Of a stretch of 64,000 nucleotides of DNA, positions 25,384 through 35,123 are shown one piece after another. The stretch lies in sequence record MF360958.1; one strand, 5' to 3'. The notes below the pieces were generated by a model. That model did not search any database. It worked only from the letters and a program-made list of their open reading frames with translations, and was not told the origin of the DNA. A program made the position numbers and the translations under genes. The first letter of the stretch is position 1. Each line of letters opens with the position of its first letter.

Positions 25384-26199
25384 ATGCGTGTAAAAATGAA
25401 TGAGTTGGGTGACCAACTTAAAACTATCGAACATCAAAATTCGGAAACATTATCTTAAATGTTTCCAATCTACGCACGTCTTGATGGTAAGTCTTTTAGT
25501 AAATTCACTAAAGGAATGAAAAAACCTTTTGATGATTCGTTCTACGAAATGATGCATGAGGTTACAAAAGTTCTTATTGAAGAAACTGATGCCAAACTTG
25601 GTTATTTCCAAAGTGATGAAATCAGTCTTTATTGGGATAATAAGAAAACATCTCAAGAAGACATGATGTTTAAAGGTCGAAAAGAAAAATGGGTTGGTGA
25701 ACTTTCTTCACTAGCAACATCCGTGATCACACAACAATGTATGGAAAAATTTCCTGATAGGGTTCATCATCTACCTAGATTTGATTGTCGTGTCATGAAC
25801 GTTTTAGATGATGTTGGTGCAAAATTTTTCCTTTGGCGGCAATTGGATTGTATTAAAAATTCGATATCAGTAATTTCTTCGTCACAGTTTTCACATAAAA
25901 AACTTCAAAATGTATCTACGAAGAAGCGCCGTGAAATGCTTCATAACATTGGCGATCCATGGGAAAAATATCCGGGTGCTTATCGTCTTGGAACATTTAT
26001 GACTAAAGTTAAAAGACTCATGGAAATTGATAAAAGTCATATTCCTATAGAATATCATCATAAAGTTCCAGATGAAGCCATTAGAAATGTTATTGAGTCA
26101 TACGTGTATCCTTATCTTCAGAATATTGATAATGTTGCAGATGTTCTTAATCACGAACGTATGAAACAATATAACATTGAAAAAATTGAAAATATCTAG
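25384..26199 (+). CDS. thg1: tRNA(His) guanylyltransferase Thg1-like 3'-5' polymerase; in-frame TAA at 25456-25458 separates the conserved N-terminus
   Basis: LGDQLKTIE in frame upstream of TAA; IYARLDGKSFSKFT, YFQSDEISL and FDCR motifs; intact from ATG 25459. Confidence 0.85.
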
Positions 26200-26260
26200 T
26201 TCGTATAAGTAGTTGACAAAGCTTCTCATATTTTGTTATACTTCTTTCCACAATAGAGAG

Positions 26261-26387
26261 AACATTCCAGAGGACTTTACAAGATGGCGGAACATCTTTA
26301 AATAACTCCGCACGATCTGGATTGGTGGCACGAGGGTAAGGGGGTTACCACCAAAATTTCCTTACCAATAAAGTCCTCTGGAATGTT
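26261..26387 (+). ncRNA. stand-alone sRNA with 19-bp terminal stem and H-type pseudoknot
   Basis: AACATTCCAGAGGACTTTA/TAAAGTCCTCTGGAATGTT; AAGATG/CATCTT; TTGGTGG/CCACCAA crossed by GGTAAGG/CCTTACC; upstream TTGACA...TATACT. Confidence 0.65.
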
Positions 26388-26430
26388 TTCTTACCGTTCT
26401 TAAATCTTCTAATATAAAGGTTGTGTAATA

Positions 26431-26775
26431 ATGTCGGAACAAGTTAAAGAAGAAGCTCATACTAAATTTGAAACTTGTGAGCAAAAAGGTCATCATCTTA
26501 ATAAAGTTGAATGTTGGGTCAATGGTACTCATTATTCTGGCACAATTCAGTGTGGTGTTTGTGGTACTAAGTTGAAATATGATTATAGTTTCCCTGTAGA
26601 TCCTACTTATAATCTACAAAAAGTTTATAAAGTAAAGACTAATGGATACTGGTATAATGTTCATTATGATGACTTAGTTTTTACTTTTGAACAAGAAAAT
26701 GAACAGGATGATGAAGAAATACAACAAAGAATACCAACATTTTTCGAAAAGCTTAAAGACAAATTTAAAAGGTAG
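26431..26775 (+). CDS. hypothetical protein with CxxC motif
   Basis: CEQKGH...CGVCG. Confidence 0.65.
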   Translation: MSEQVKEEAHTKFETCEQKGHHLNKVECWVNGTHYSGTIQCGVCGTKLKYDYSFPVDPTYNLQKVYKVKTNGYWYNVHYDDLVFTFEQENEQDDEEIQQRIPTFFEKLKDKFKR

Positions 26776-26939
26776 ATGATTATGGATTTTTGGACACTGT
26801 TAGCAATTATCAATATCACCAGTGGAATAATTCTTGGGTTTCTAACTTTTCGAGACAGAGATTGGTTAGGATTTATGTTATGCGGTGTTTTAGTAATTGG
26901 CCAAACTCTAAGTATGATTTATTGACAGAATAAATTTAA

Positions 26940-26986
26940 TTATTGTATAATATATGAAATAGTTAATAGGAGATATAGTTATGAAA
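26940..26986 (+). repeat. 47-nt promoter(-10)+RBS+ATG module, exact copy at 27479-27525
   Basis: TTATTGTATAATATATGAAATAGTTAATAGGAGATATAGTTATGAAA in both places, each preceded by TTGACA. Confidence 0.85.
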
Positions 26987-27457
26987 TATTCCCCAACTGT
27001 CGTAAATTGGTATCAAAAAGACCATTATTGGTTTGAAAAGAACGGTGGCGGGCTTGGTAATGGTGTTAATCCTTCTGATCATAAAGATGATGAAGGATAT
27101 GATGAATATGGATTCGATGAAAATGGTAAAGATCGAGAGAATCTTACTGAAGAAAATTATCATGATAGACTATCATTTTACTATGATATTATTTCTTCTG
27201 AAGTTTACGATTCTTTTGAAAATTACAAACAATATATTGAAAGAAAAAAAGAAATTTCTGAAATTGACGTAGGCGATCTTGTAGAACTTGTATGCAATGG
27301 CATTCGTCTATATGTGATCGAACTGCGTGATAATGGAACAGTTGCATCTCTTGGTTATTGTTCTCCATCAGATCAACTTCTTATGGATAAAGCAGATTTT
27401 GACATGACACAATACGTTCATTCGGTAGGCATTGGACATTTGAAAAAAGTACAATAA
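26981..27457 (+). CDS. hypothetical protein with DxxGYDxYGFDxNGxD motif
   Basis: DDEGYDEYGFDENGKDR. Confidence 0.7.
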   Translation: MKYSPTVVNWYQKDHYWFEKNGGGLGNGVNPSDHKDDEGYDEYGFDENGKDRENLTEENYHDRLSFYYDIISSEVYDSFENYKQYIERKKEISEIDVGDLVELVCNGIRLYVIELRDNGTVASLGYCSPSDQLLMDKADFDMTQYVHSVGIGHLKKVQ

Positions 27458-27519
27458 TTATTGACAAAATAGATTTATTTATTGTATAATATATGAAATA
27501 GTTAATAGGAGATATAGTT

Positions 27520-27915
27520 ATGAAAGGCTAAATGATTTTTACAGAAGAAGGTAAGAAAGCATATCCCTATATTGTTTATGACACAAAAGAAAAATGTGAA
27601 AATACAATCAAGGGATTAAAAGAAATAGATTCTGAAACATACTCAAATTAAACAGCAGAATACGTGGAGAAATAATTATGTCTGTCGAAGTAAATGTTGA
27701 AGATTACGAAACTCGTAGTGAGGGTGTTGATGAAGCTACAGTAACCGAGAGAGCTACTATTACGGAAGATTCCCGTATTGGATTCAGCCAGCTATGACGG
27801 TGGCCGCGTATCAGTTACTGTAGACGGTGTAGAAGTTTACAATTGCCCTTGTCATAGTCATGATATCTCGGTGTCAGTAAGCAACAGTCGCGACTATAAT
27901 CTAGGAGTTCGGTAA
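27520..27915 (+). pseudogene. two stop- or frameshift-interrupted small genes
   Basis: MKG*MIFTEE...YSN*TAEYVEK* (TAA at 27529 and 27649); a second gene from ATG 27678 needs two frame changes to stay open. Confidence 0.5.
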
Positions 27916-28001
27916 TAGAGCAATATAGAACGAAAATTGAAAAAACAAAAACGTTTTATACAATTCTTGAAGATAATACTGTAAAATTCGGAGAATAATA
28001 T

Positions 28002-28331
28002 ATGGGTCAAGGTGCTGAAGATGCAGATAATGCTGTAGTATCAGTTGTTAACGAAGATATTGAGGATTTGGAAAAAGCAATTTTCCAATTGGGAGAAGTT
28101 CTAAAAAATCTTGAATACTCTAAAGTATATAATAAAAAAGAGTGTAACGTTGGTGATAAGATCAAATGTGCCAATTGTAGTAAGACTGTGAATAAGAAAA
28201 GTTATCAACAAGTATTCTGTTCAAGTCCAAAATCTGGACGAAAGAATTGCAAGGATGTTTACTGGAACCGTGTTCGAGGAATTAAAGAAAAAATCCAAGA
28301 ACTTGAGGAAGAAAAAAACGAACTATTCTGA
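28002..28331 (+). CDS. hypothetical Zn-finger-like protein
   Basis: CANC...FC...CKDVYWN. Confidence 0.65.
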   Translation: MGQGAEDADNAVVSVVNEDIEDLEKAIFQLGEVLKNLEYSKVYNKKECNVGDKIKCANCSKTVNKKSYQQVFCSSPKSGRKNCKDVYWNRVRGIKEKIQELEEEKNELF

Positions 28332-28341
28332 AGATTAAAAT

Positions 28342-28707
28342 ATGAGCCAAATTAACATCAATATCACACAGTGTAAAACTATTAATTCAGCACTAGAGAC
28401 TGTTATTGGAAACGGCATTGATCCAAAATTAAGTTACTCAAACACACATGGTTTCGTGTTGGATCTAGATTTTGGAACAAAAGCATATGTTTATATTATG
28501 CTCCATGATGAAGGGTCAGACGAAAATGGAGTAATAACAGTTGATCGTTACGGTAGTAAAGAGTATGTCAAAAACCTTGAGGATCTTTTAGAGCTATTTA
28601 AAGACAATTTTTCCTCAAAGGAATTCGGTAACAAAGATTGGATTGATCTTTGCATAGCAAACGGTGTGATGGAAAAACACGTCGAAGAAGTGGTTACTTA
28701 TAAATAA
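28342..28707 (+). CDS. hypothetical protein
   Basis: ORF track; phage-like codon usage. Confidence 0.7.
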   Translation: MSQININITQCKTINSALETVIGNGIDPKLSYSNTHGFVLDLDFGTKAYVYIMLHDEGSDENGVITVDRYGSKEYVKNLEDLLELFKDNFSSKEFGNKDWIDLCIANGVMEKHVEEVVTYK

Positions 28708-28720
28708 CCACTATAAAAAA

Positions 28721-29206
28721 TTATTTAACCGTGGAATCGACTGTGAAAATTCTAACAGGTAAATCAAAATGTTCCACGGTTTTTCTTGCCCTTTCTACAT
28801 ATTCCTTTTCTAGATCCGAATCTTGATCTACTATTAAAGCACAAACAGGAGCTTCACCTGTGAGTCGTGAGTAGTGCAAGGATTGACCTATACATTCATA
28901 CCACTTCCTAGCATAATCAAACTCTATGGCTTCTGTGGACGTATGACAATCAATTCTTGTTCCATCTTCCATAACATTTTCAATTTCATATTCAGATGAC
29001 ACAATAGGACAGTAATGATCTACATAATCAGTTTCTGTATAATCATCTGATGCAAAAACTTGTGCCGAAAATAGTACAGCGCTTAATATCACAATACCAA
29101 GCAATATTGCATTTACATATTCCACGAACACTTCACGCTCACCATCTCTTTTCAATCCAATAAGATCCATAAAGTTACTTAAGATTTTATTATAAACTTT
29201 TCTCAT
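28721..29206 (-). CDS. signal/TM-bearing protein with PD-(D/E)xK-like domain
   Basis: Hydrophobic segment ending AQVFA; DGTRIDC...AIEFD...KWYECIGQSLHY. Confidence 0.55.
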   Translation of the reverse strand: MRKVYNKILSNFMDLIGLKRDGEREVFVEYVNAILLGIVILSAVLFSAQVFASDDYTETDYVDHYCPIVSSEYEIENVMEDGTRIDCHTSTEAIEFDYARKWYECIGQSLHYSRLTGEAPVCALIVDQDSDLEKEYVERARKTVEHFDLPVRIFTVDSTVK

Positions 29207-29455
29207 ATTCTATTCCTTTTCATTATGTCTTATATTTATACATTACAAATTGACACTTTCAATAGATAGATTAATATATTCATTAACGTTTAGTTTTATC
29301 TACTAGGACTCATCTATAAATATAATGACCTATTTAAAATAAACATATCTTCTATATAAATGTTCTTTACGAAACGTAATATTTTGATAGTATACTACTA
29401 TCAACCAATGAGCTATTAACATTTAATAAAACTATACATAACGAGGTAACAACAT

Positions 29456-30739
29456 ATGACAGATTCAGAAGACAGTAATATTGAAAAAGCACACCCACCA
29501 AGACAAGTAATAAAGCGCAATGGTGATGTTATAGATTTCAATCCTGAAAAAATCACAAATGCTATTACAAAAGCCATGAACCGCTTAGAAGAAGAACATC
29601 GAACCGATCCCAATCATATCACCAATCAAGTTATTGACTCTTTTATTGATGATGAAGATGACGTGGTTGATGTGGATACTATTCATAAACTTGTTGAAAA
29701 TACTCTAATGGATAACAAATGTTATGAAATAGCAAGAAGCTATATCACGTATCGTGAAAATCATAAACCTAATATCTTTCGTGAGCGAATTTTCTATAAG
29801 CCATTTGAATATCCTGAACTTTCACAATTTGTAGATGCTATCGAACAATCTTATTGGATTGTAACTGAATTCAATTTCACATCTGATATTAATGATTACA
29901 AAACAAATCTTACTATTGAGGAAAAAGAATGTATTCGTCGTAGTATGCTTGCCATTTCTCAAATTGAAGTAGCAGTTAAAGAATTTTGGGGAAAGATTGG
30001 TGATAAGTTTCCTAAACCCGAGATTCAGGAAGTTGGTGCAACAATCGCTGAGAACGAAGTGCGTCATAGTCGAGCATACAGTCATCTTTTAGAGTTACTA
30101 GGTCTTAACAATGAATTTGAACACGTGTTTAAAATTCCATCCATTAATAAACGTATTGATGTTACACAACGGGCGCTAAAAGATAAAAATTGTTCTGATA
30201 AAGATTTCATTAGAAGCCTTGTACTATTTTCAATTATTGTTGAAAACGTAAGTCTATTTTCACAATTTCTTATTATTTCGACAATCAACAAAGAAAAAGC
30301 GGCTCTTAAAGGCATGACCAATGTTGTGTCGGCAACTTCTCTTGAAGAAGATTTGCATTTCAAATTTGGTGCTGCGCTTATTAACACAATACGTAAAGAA
30401 CATCCTGAAATGTTCGATGATGAACTTGATAAAATTGTTCGCGAAACTGTTGAACAATCCTATGAAGCTGAAAAAGAAATCATTCATTGGATCTTCGATC
30501 AGGGTGAACTTGACTATCTTTCAATAGATGATGTTATTGAATATATCAAAAATCGTTACAATCGTGGTATGAAAGAATGCGGGTTTAATCCTCTATTCCC
30601 TGTTAACGATAACAAATTAGAAAAAACAAAATGGTTTGATATTCAAAATACTGTAACCATGCATACCGATTTCTTTGATAAGCGCCCGGTTAATTATTCT
30701 AAGTTTTCCAGTAGCTTTGATGAAGACAGTCTGTTTTAA
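29456..30739 (+). CDS. nrdB: ribonucleotide reductase small subunit with N-terminal ATP-cone
   Basis: VIKRNGD..F...KI..AI.KA ATP-cone; ferritin-like ENEVRHSRAY and DEDLH-type EEDLH motifs. Confidence 0.92.
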   Translation: MTDSEDSNIEKAHPPRQVIKRNGDVIDFNPEKITNAITKAMNRLEEEHRTDPNHITNQVIDSFIDDEDDVVDVDTIHKLVENTLMDNKCYEIARSYITYRENHKPNIFRERIFYKPFEYPELSQFVDAIEQSYWIVTEFNFTSDINDYKTNLTIEEKECIRRSMLAISQIEVAVKEFWGKIGDKFPKPEIQEVGATIAENEVRHSRAYSHLLELLGLNNEFEHVFKIPSINKRIDVTQRALKDKNCSDKDFIRSLVLFSIIVENVSLFSQFLIISTINKEKAALKGMTNVVSATSLEEDLHFKFGAALINTIRKEHPEMFDDELDKIVRETVEQSYEAEKEIIHWIFDQGELDYLSIDDVIEYIKNRYNRGMKECGFNPLFPVNDNKLEKTKWFDIQNTVTMHTDFFDKRPVNYSKFSSSFDEDSLF

Positions 30740-30799
30740 AATTAATAATGTAAGTAAGTAAAAATAAAAATTAATATAAAAATAAGGAGAAATAAGTAT

Positions 30800-33469
30800 A
30801 TGGCATTTGAATGGCTAACACAAAATTCAAGAAATTTTCTTTCTGCGGGATACCTTACCGGAGATGAAACAGCAGAACAGCGTATTTGGGATATCGCTGT
30901 TAATGCTGAAAACATTCTCAACATCGATGGTTTTGCAGAAAAATTCTATGACTATATGAGTCGTGGGTGGATTTCACTATCAACACCAGTATGGACAAAC
31001 TTTGGTAAAGAAAGAGGAATGCCGATCAGTTGCTTTGGATCATACATTGGTGATTCTATTTCTGAAATTTCCTATGCATCTTCTGAAGTTGCTCTCATGA
31101 GTAAACTTGGTGGTGGGACATCTGGTTATTTTGGAGATATTAGAGGGCGCGGTTCTGATATCAGTGATAATGGTTACACATCAGGTTCTGTCCATTTTAT
31201 GGAACTCTTTCAATCAGTAACTGATGTGGTATCACAAGGTTCTGCTCGTAGGGGTAGAATGGCAACATATCTTCCTCTACGTCATTATGACGCAAATGAA
31301 TTTCTTGATATAGGCACAGAGGGGCATCCTGTTCAAAGCATGACAACAGGCGTCACAGTGGACGATGAATGGTTTAAAGATATGATGGACGGTAATTCTG
31401 AAAAACGCCAACTTTGGGCTAAAACACTTCGCCGTCGAAGCGAAGTAGGCTTTCCCTATATTATGTTTGAAGACAATATGAATCGTAACCGTCCTCAAGT
31501 TTATAAAGATAAACAAATGAGGATTAAAAACAGTAATCTATGCGTTGCACCTGAAACAAAGATTCTTACAGATGCAGGCTATCAAACTATCGAAGAACTT
31601 GATGGTCAAAAAGTAAATGTGTGGAACGGTCACGAATTCTCTGAAACAACAGTTTATAAAACCGGTTCTGATCAAAAACTATTAAAAGTAGTTACGGATT
31701 CGGGTTTTGAACTCGAATGTACTCCTTATCATAAGTTTTATGTTATGGATGGCTATAAAAACGTAACTATGAAACGGGCTCATGAGCTTGAAGCTGGTGA
31801 TAAGCTTATTAAACATAATCTCCCTATCATCGAAGGTGAAAATGAACTCGAACATGCATACGCAAACGGATTTTACAGCGGGGATGGTTGTGATACAAAA
31901 CAAGGAAAGCGCATTTATCTTTATGGTGAAAAGAGAAAACTAAAAGATTCATTTGGTGATATTTTCAAGAACTGGAAAGTACAAGATGATTTTGATCGTG
32001 AATATGGACATAGTGATGTTTTACAAGACAAATATTTTGTGCCAGTAGAAAATTATACTGTAAAGTCTAAACTTAATTGGTTAGCTGGATACTGTGATGC
32101 TGACGCTACTGTTACTACAGTAGATGGAAAATCACAGACACTTCAGATTTGTTCAATTGAAAAACAATTTTTAAAAGACATACAAATGATGCTTCAAACA
32201 ATTGGTATCAAAAGTAAACTAACAAAAAACCAAGAATCCAGATATGAAAATATGCCTAAGAATGATGGTAGCGGAGAAAAAGCATTATATCTTAGACAAT
32301 CTACATATAGACTTCTGTTTGGAAGATCTGAAATTAATAAAATGATTGATATGGGTTTTGCTCCTAATCGTATTAATTTTAACGACCATATTCCAAATCG
32401 TGATGCTACGAGATTTGTAAAAGTTGCTAATGTCCATGATGAAGGGCGTTATGATGACACATACTGTTTTGAAGAACCGAAACGTGGTATGGGTATGTTT
32501 AATGGTATTTTAACAGGACAATGTTCCGAAATAGCATTACCAGTTAACGAGATGGAATCGTTTGTTTGTGTACTGTCTTCAATCAATCTTAAACATTATG
32601 ATGAATGGAAACACACAGACCTTGTTGAAACTATGATTTATTTCCTCGATGCTACTATTACTGAGTTTCTACAAAAATTAGAATCTCGTAAAAATTCTGA
32701 AAACCATCAAGATCGTTTAACTTTTGACTTTATGGAACGTGCTTATAATTTTGCAAAAAACCATCGTGCTCTCGGGCTTGGTGTGCTAGGTTGGCATAGC
32801 TATCTTCAAAGTAATATGATCAGTTTCGCTTCTCAAGAAGCTATGGAAAAGACGGATGAAATCTTTTCTCTAATGGATGAAAAGTCTCTAAAAGCAACCA
32901 AGGAACTTGCTGAAAAATATGGAGAACCAAGTGTTCTTAAAGGTTACGGCCAGCGTAATACGACACGTCTTGCAATTGCTCCTACAACTTCTTCGGCGTT
33001 TATTCTTGGTCAAGTTAGCCAAAGCATTGAACCATTAATGAGTAATTATTACATTAAAGATCTTGCAAAACTTAAAGCTGAAATTAAAAATCCATATCTT
33101 AAAGCAATTCTCAAAGAGCGTGGATATGATAATGCAGAAGTTTGGGATTCAATTGCTGAAAAAGATGGTAGTGTGCAACATCTAACTCATATACTTTTTG
33201 AACATGAGCGTGATGTGTTTAGAACATTCCGTGAAATTGATATGTATGCCATTATTAATCAAGCAGCAATACGTCAAGAGTATCTTGATCAAACACAATC
33301 ACTGAATTTGATGATCGATAATAACTATAGTCCAAAAGATATTAATGCTCTAATGATTCATGCTTGGGAAATGGGAATTTGTACATTATACTATCAACAT
33401 AGTGTAAACGCTGCACAAGAATTTTCCAGAAAAGAAACGGCTTCAAACTGCGTTTCTTGCGAGGCATAA
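30800..33469 (+). CDS. nrdA: ribonucleotide reductase large subunit without ATP-cone, interrupted by an intein
   Basis: STP..NFG, ISCF, SNLC|SE active site, LAIAPT, C-terminal CVSCE. Confidence 0.93.
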   Translation: MAFEWLTQNSRNFLSAGYLTGDETAEQRIWDIAVNAENILNIDGFAEKFYDYMSRGWISLSTPVWTNFGKERGMPISCFGSYIGDSISEISYASSEVALMSKLGGGTSGYFGDIRGRGSDISDNGYTSGSVHFMELFQSVTDVVSQGSARRGRMATYLPLRHYDANEFLDIGTEGHPVQSMTTGVTVDDEWFKDMMDGNSEKRQLWAKTLRRRSEVGFPYIMFEDNMNRNRPQVYKDKQMRIKNSNLCVAPETKILTDAGYQTIEELDGQKVNVWNGHEFSETTVYKTGSDQKLLKVVTDSGFELECTPYHKFYVMDGYKNVTMKRAHELEAGDKLIKHNLPIIEGENELEHAYANGFYSGDGCDTKQGKRIYLYGEKRKLKDSFGDIFKNWKVQDDFDREYGHSDVLQDKYFVPVENYTVKSKLNWLAGYCDADATVTTVDGKSQTLQICSIEKQFLKDIQMMLQTIGIKSKLTKNQESRYENMPKNDGSGEKALYLRQSTYRLLFGRSEINKMIDMGFAPNRINFNDHIPNRDATRFVKVANVHDEGRYDDTYCFEEPKRGMGMFNGILTGQCSEIALPVNEMESFVCVLSSINLKHYDEWKHTDLVETMIYFLDATITEFLQKLESRKNSENHQDRLTFDFMERAYNFAKNHRALGLGVLGWHSYLQSNMISFASQEAMEKTDEIFSLMDEKSLKATKELAEKYGEPSVLKGYGQRNTTRLAIAPTTSSAFILGQVSQSIEPLMSNYYIKDLAKLKAEIKNPYLKAILKERGYDNAEVWDSIAEKDGSVQHLTHILFEHERDVFRTFREIDMYAIINQAAIRQEYLDQTQSLNLMIDNNYSPKDINALMIHAWEMGICTLYYQHSVNAAQEFSRKETASNCVSCEA
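31541..32521 (+). mobile_element. 327-aa LAGLIDADG intein in NrdA, ending in Gln
   Basis: Begins CVAPETKILT after SNL; ends GILTGQ before catalytic C+1 (CSEIALP); GFYSGDG and LAGYCDADA blocks. Confidence 0.92.
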
Positions 33470-33479
33470 GGAGATTATT

Positions 33480-33704
33480 ATGAATTTTGTAATATATGGC
33501 AGTACGGTTTGTCCGTACTGCAAAAAAGCAGTAAATCTCATTGATCGTGAAGGACATACCTACGATTATGTTAATATTCAAAAAAACGATCAGGCCCGAG
33601 AATACATTAAAGAAGAACTTTCGTTACGAACGGTTCCTCAAGTGTTCTTAAATGGTGAAAGGATTGGTGGTTATGATGATCTTGTCAATTTTCTACAGGA
33701 ATAA
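33480..33704 (+). CDS. grx: glutaredoxin
   Basis: CPYC, TVPQVF, IGGYDDL. Confidence 0.93.
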   Translation: MNFVIYGSTVCPYCKKAVNLIDREGHTYDYVNIQKNDQAREYIKEELSLRTVPQVFLNGERIGGYDDLVNFLQE

Positions 33705-33706
33705 TT

Positions 33707-33736
33707 AAAAAGCGGTTTAAAAGCCGCTTTTTTTTA
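33707..33736 (+). terminator. intrinsic terminator after the nrdB-nrdA-grx operon
   Basis: AAAAAGCGG/CCGCTTTTT plus U-run. Confidence 0.85.
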
Positions 33737-33787
33737 TATAATGCCATATGATACTATACAAAAAATTATCTATTAAAGGTATTATAT

Positions 33788-34420
33788 ATGGTATTAATTT
33801 ATATTGGAATCACAGGCGCGATTCTAGGTTGCGTTGCTCTTGGATTTATTATGCTTACTCTTATTGATGGTACATTTGATAACTATCAAAATAACATCAA
33901 AACCCGAAAGCAACTTTTAGAAGAACGTAAACAAAGATTGATAGAACGCTCTGATGACAGTTTAAAACATCACAGTGGAAGCATATCAGATGCTGAATAT
34001 ATAACTTATGATATGCTTAAAGGTATTATTGGTGGATTTTTCCCACGATCTGAAAAAACAAGACAAAACTTAACTGAATTAATCCGCACCTATGTGTTTA
34101 TTGATATCGATAGTGGTTATCCTTTTGATAAAATGAAACAAGTACGATTTAAAAATCCTTTCATTATTAATGATGATGAAAAGATTGATCTTATAAGATC
34201 ACATTATAAACAATCATTTATTGAATTACTGCTTTATGGTTTTCAACAACAACCTTCTGAATATCTTAAAAAACAAGTTAATAAATTGAAACTTACTATT
34301 GGTTTGCCCGAGCAAGATTATTATGTAGAATCTGAACAGTATATGCAAGAGATAGAACTTAATGAGGAACAGTTCAATAAAGTCTATAAAATAAACAAAA
34401 AGTTTCTAGGTGAATTATAA
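33788..34420 (+). CDS. membrane-anchored hypothetical protein (NKLKL paralog family)
   Basis: N-terminal TM; PSEYLKKQVNKLKLTI. Confidence 0.65.
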   Translation: MVLIYIGITGAILGCVALGFIMLTLIDGTFDNYQNNIKTRKQLLEERKQRLIERSDDSLKHHSGSISDAEYITYDMLKGIIGGFFPRSEKTRQNLTELIRTYVFIDIDSGYPFDKMKQVRFKNPFIINDDEKIDLIRSHYKQSFIELLLYGFQQQPSEYLKKQVNKLKLTIGLPEQDYYVESEQYMQEIELNEEQFNKVYKINKKFLGEL

Positions 34421-34677
34421 TGAAATCCAAACCTTCAGAACAATATTTAAAGAAATCAATACATCATGTTACCATGATCACAATATGGTTTGCTATAACT
34501 TTTAAATTATGTTTAATATTATTACTTTGGGGATATTTTGGAGAATGGTCAATAGTAATGTCTAATTTAACATTGGTTTCATCTTTTTGTTTTTTCTTAC
34601 TATTATGCTATGCTAATGGGATAGGAATTGTTAATTATATGTATTTGACATTGACGAGCTTAGGTTATGATGTATGA
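34420..34677 (+). CDS. small membrane protein
   Basis: Coupled start; hydrophobic. Confidence 0.55.
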   Translation: MKSKPSEQYLKKSIHHVTMITIWFAITFKLCLILLLWGYFGEWSIVMSNLTLVSSFCFFLLLCYANGIGIVNYMYLTLTSLGYDV

Positions 34678-35123
34678 ATTTAACAGATATTGATATACAA
34701 CAACTAATGTTATGGATTCTTATTGCTGTATTAATTATAGCTAATTTAGCATTTACATTATATTGTTTGGTTAAATTAGATAAAACCTTTACGGCTCAAA
34801 AATATCATTTTTTAGAATTAGATATTAACCTATTAAGAAATTATAACACATTTAATTATGAGATGATCAGACTTGCATTCTATAATGGCAGTGATCATCA
34901 TTTACGTGAAATTCAGAACATAGTGAGTATTGATAAACGAGGAAATGAACGAAAGAAAAATCCTTTTCGAAAAATGAAAGATGATGATAAACTAGCTATT
35001 ATTCGTCGTATGAGAAGTGAATGGTTGACTAACTACATACTCTATAGATGCAATGATAAACCATCAGATTATCTTCAAAAAGAAGTTAATAAATTAAAAC
35101 TAAAGATAACCTTTAATGATTGA
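34674..35123 (+). CDS. membrane-anchored hypothetical protein (NKLKL paralog family)
   Basis: TM; KNPF...DDDK..II; PSDYLQKEVNKLKLKI. Confidence 0.65.
   Translation: MNLTDIDIQQLMLWILIAVLIIANLAFTLYCLVKLDKTFTAQKYHFLELDINLLRNYNTFNYEMIRLAFYNGSDHHLREIQNIVSIDKRGNERKKNPFRKMKDDDKLAIIRRMRSEWLTNYILYRCNDKPSDYLQKEVNKLKLKITFND

Noticed and set aside
3602-27675. genome-wide ochre (TAA) recoding
   Set aside because: TAA is the normal stop for most genes here and no tRNA with a UUA anticodon was found.
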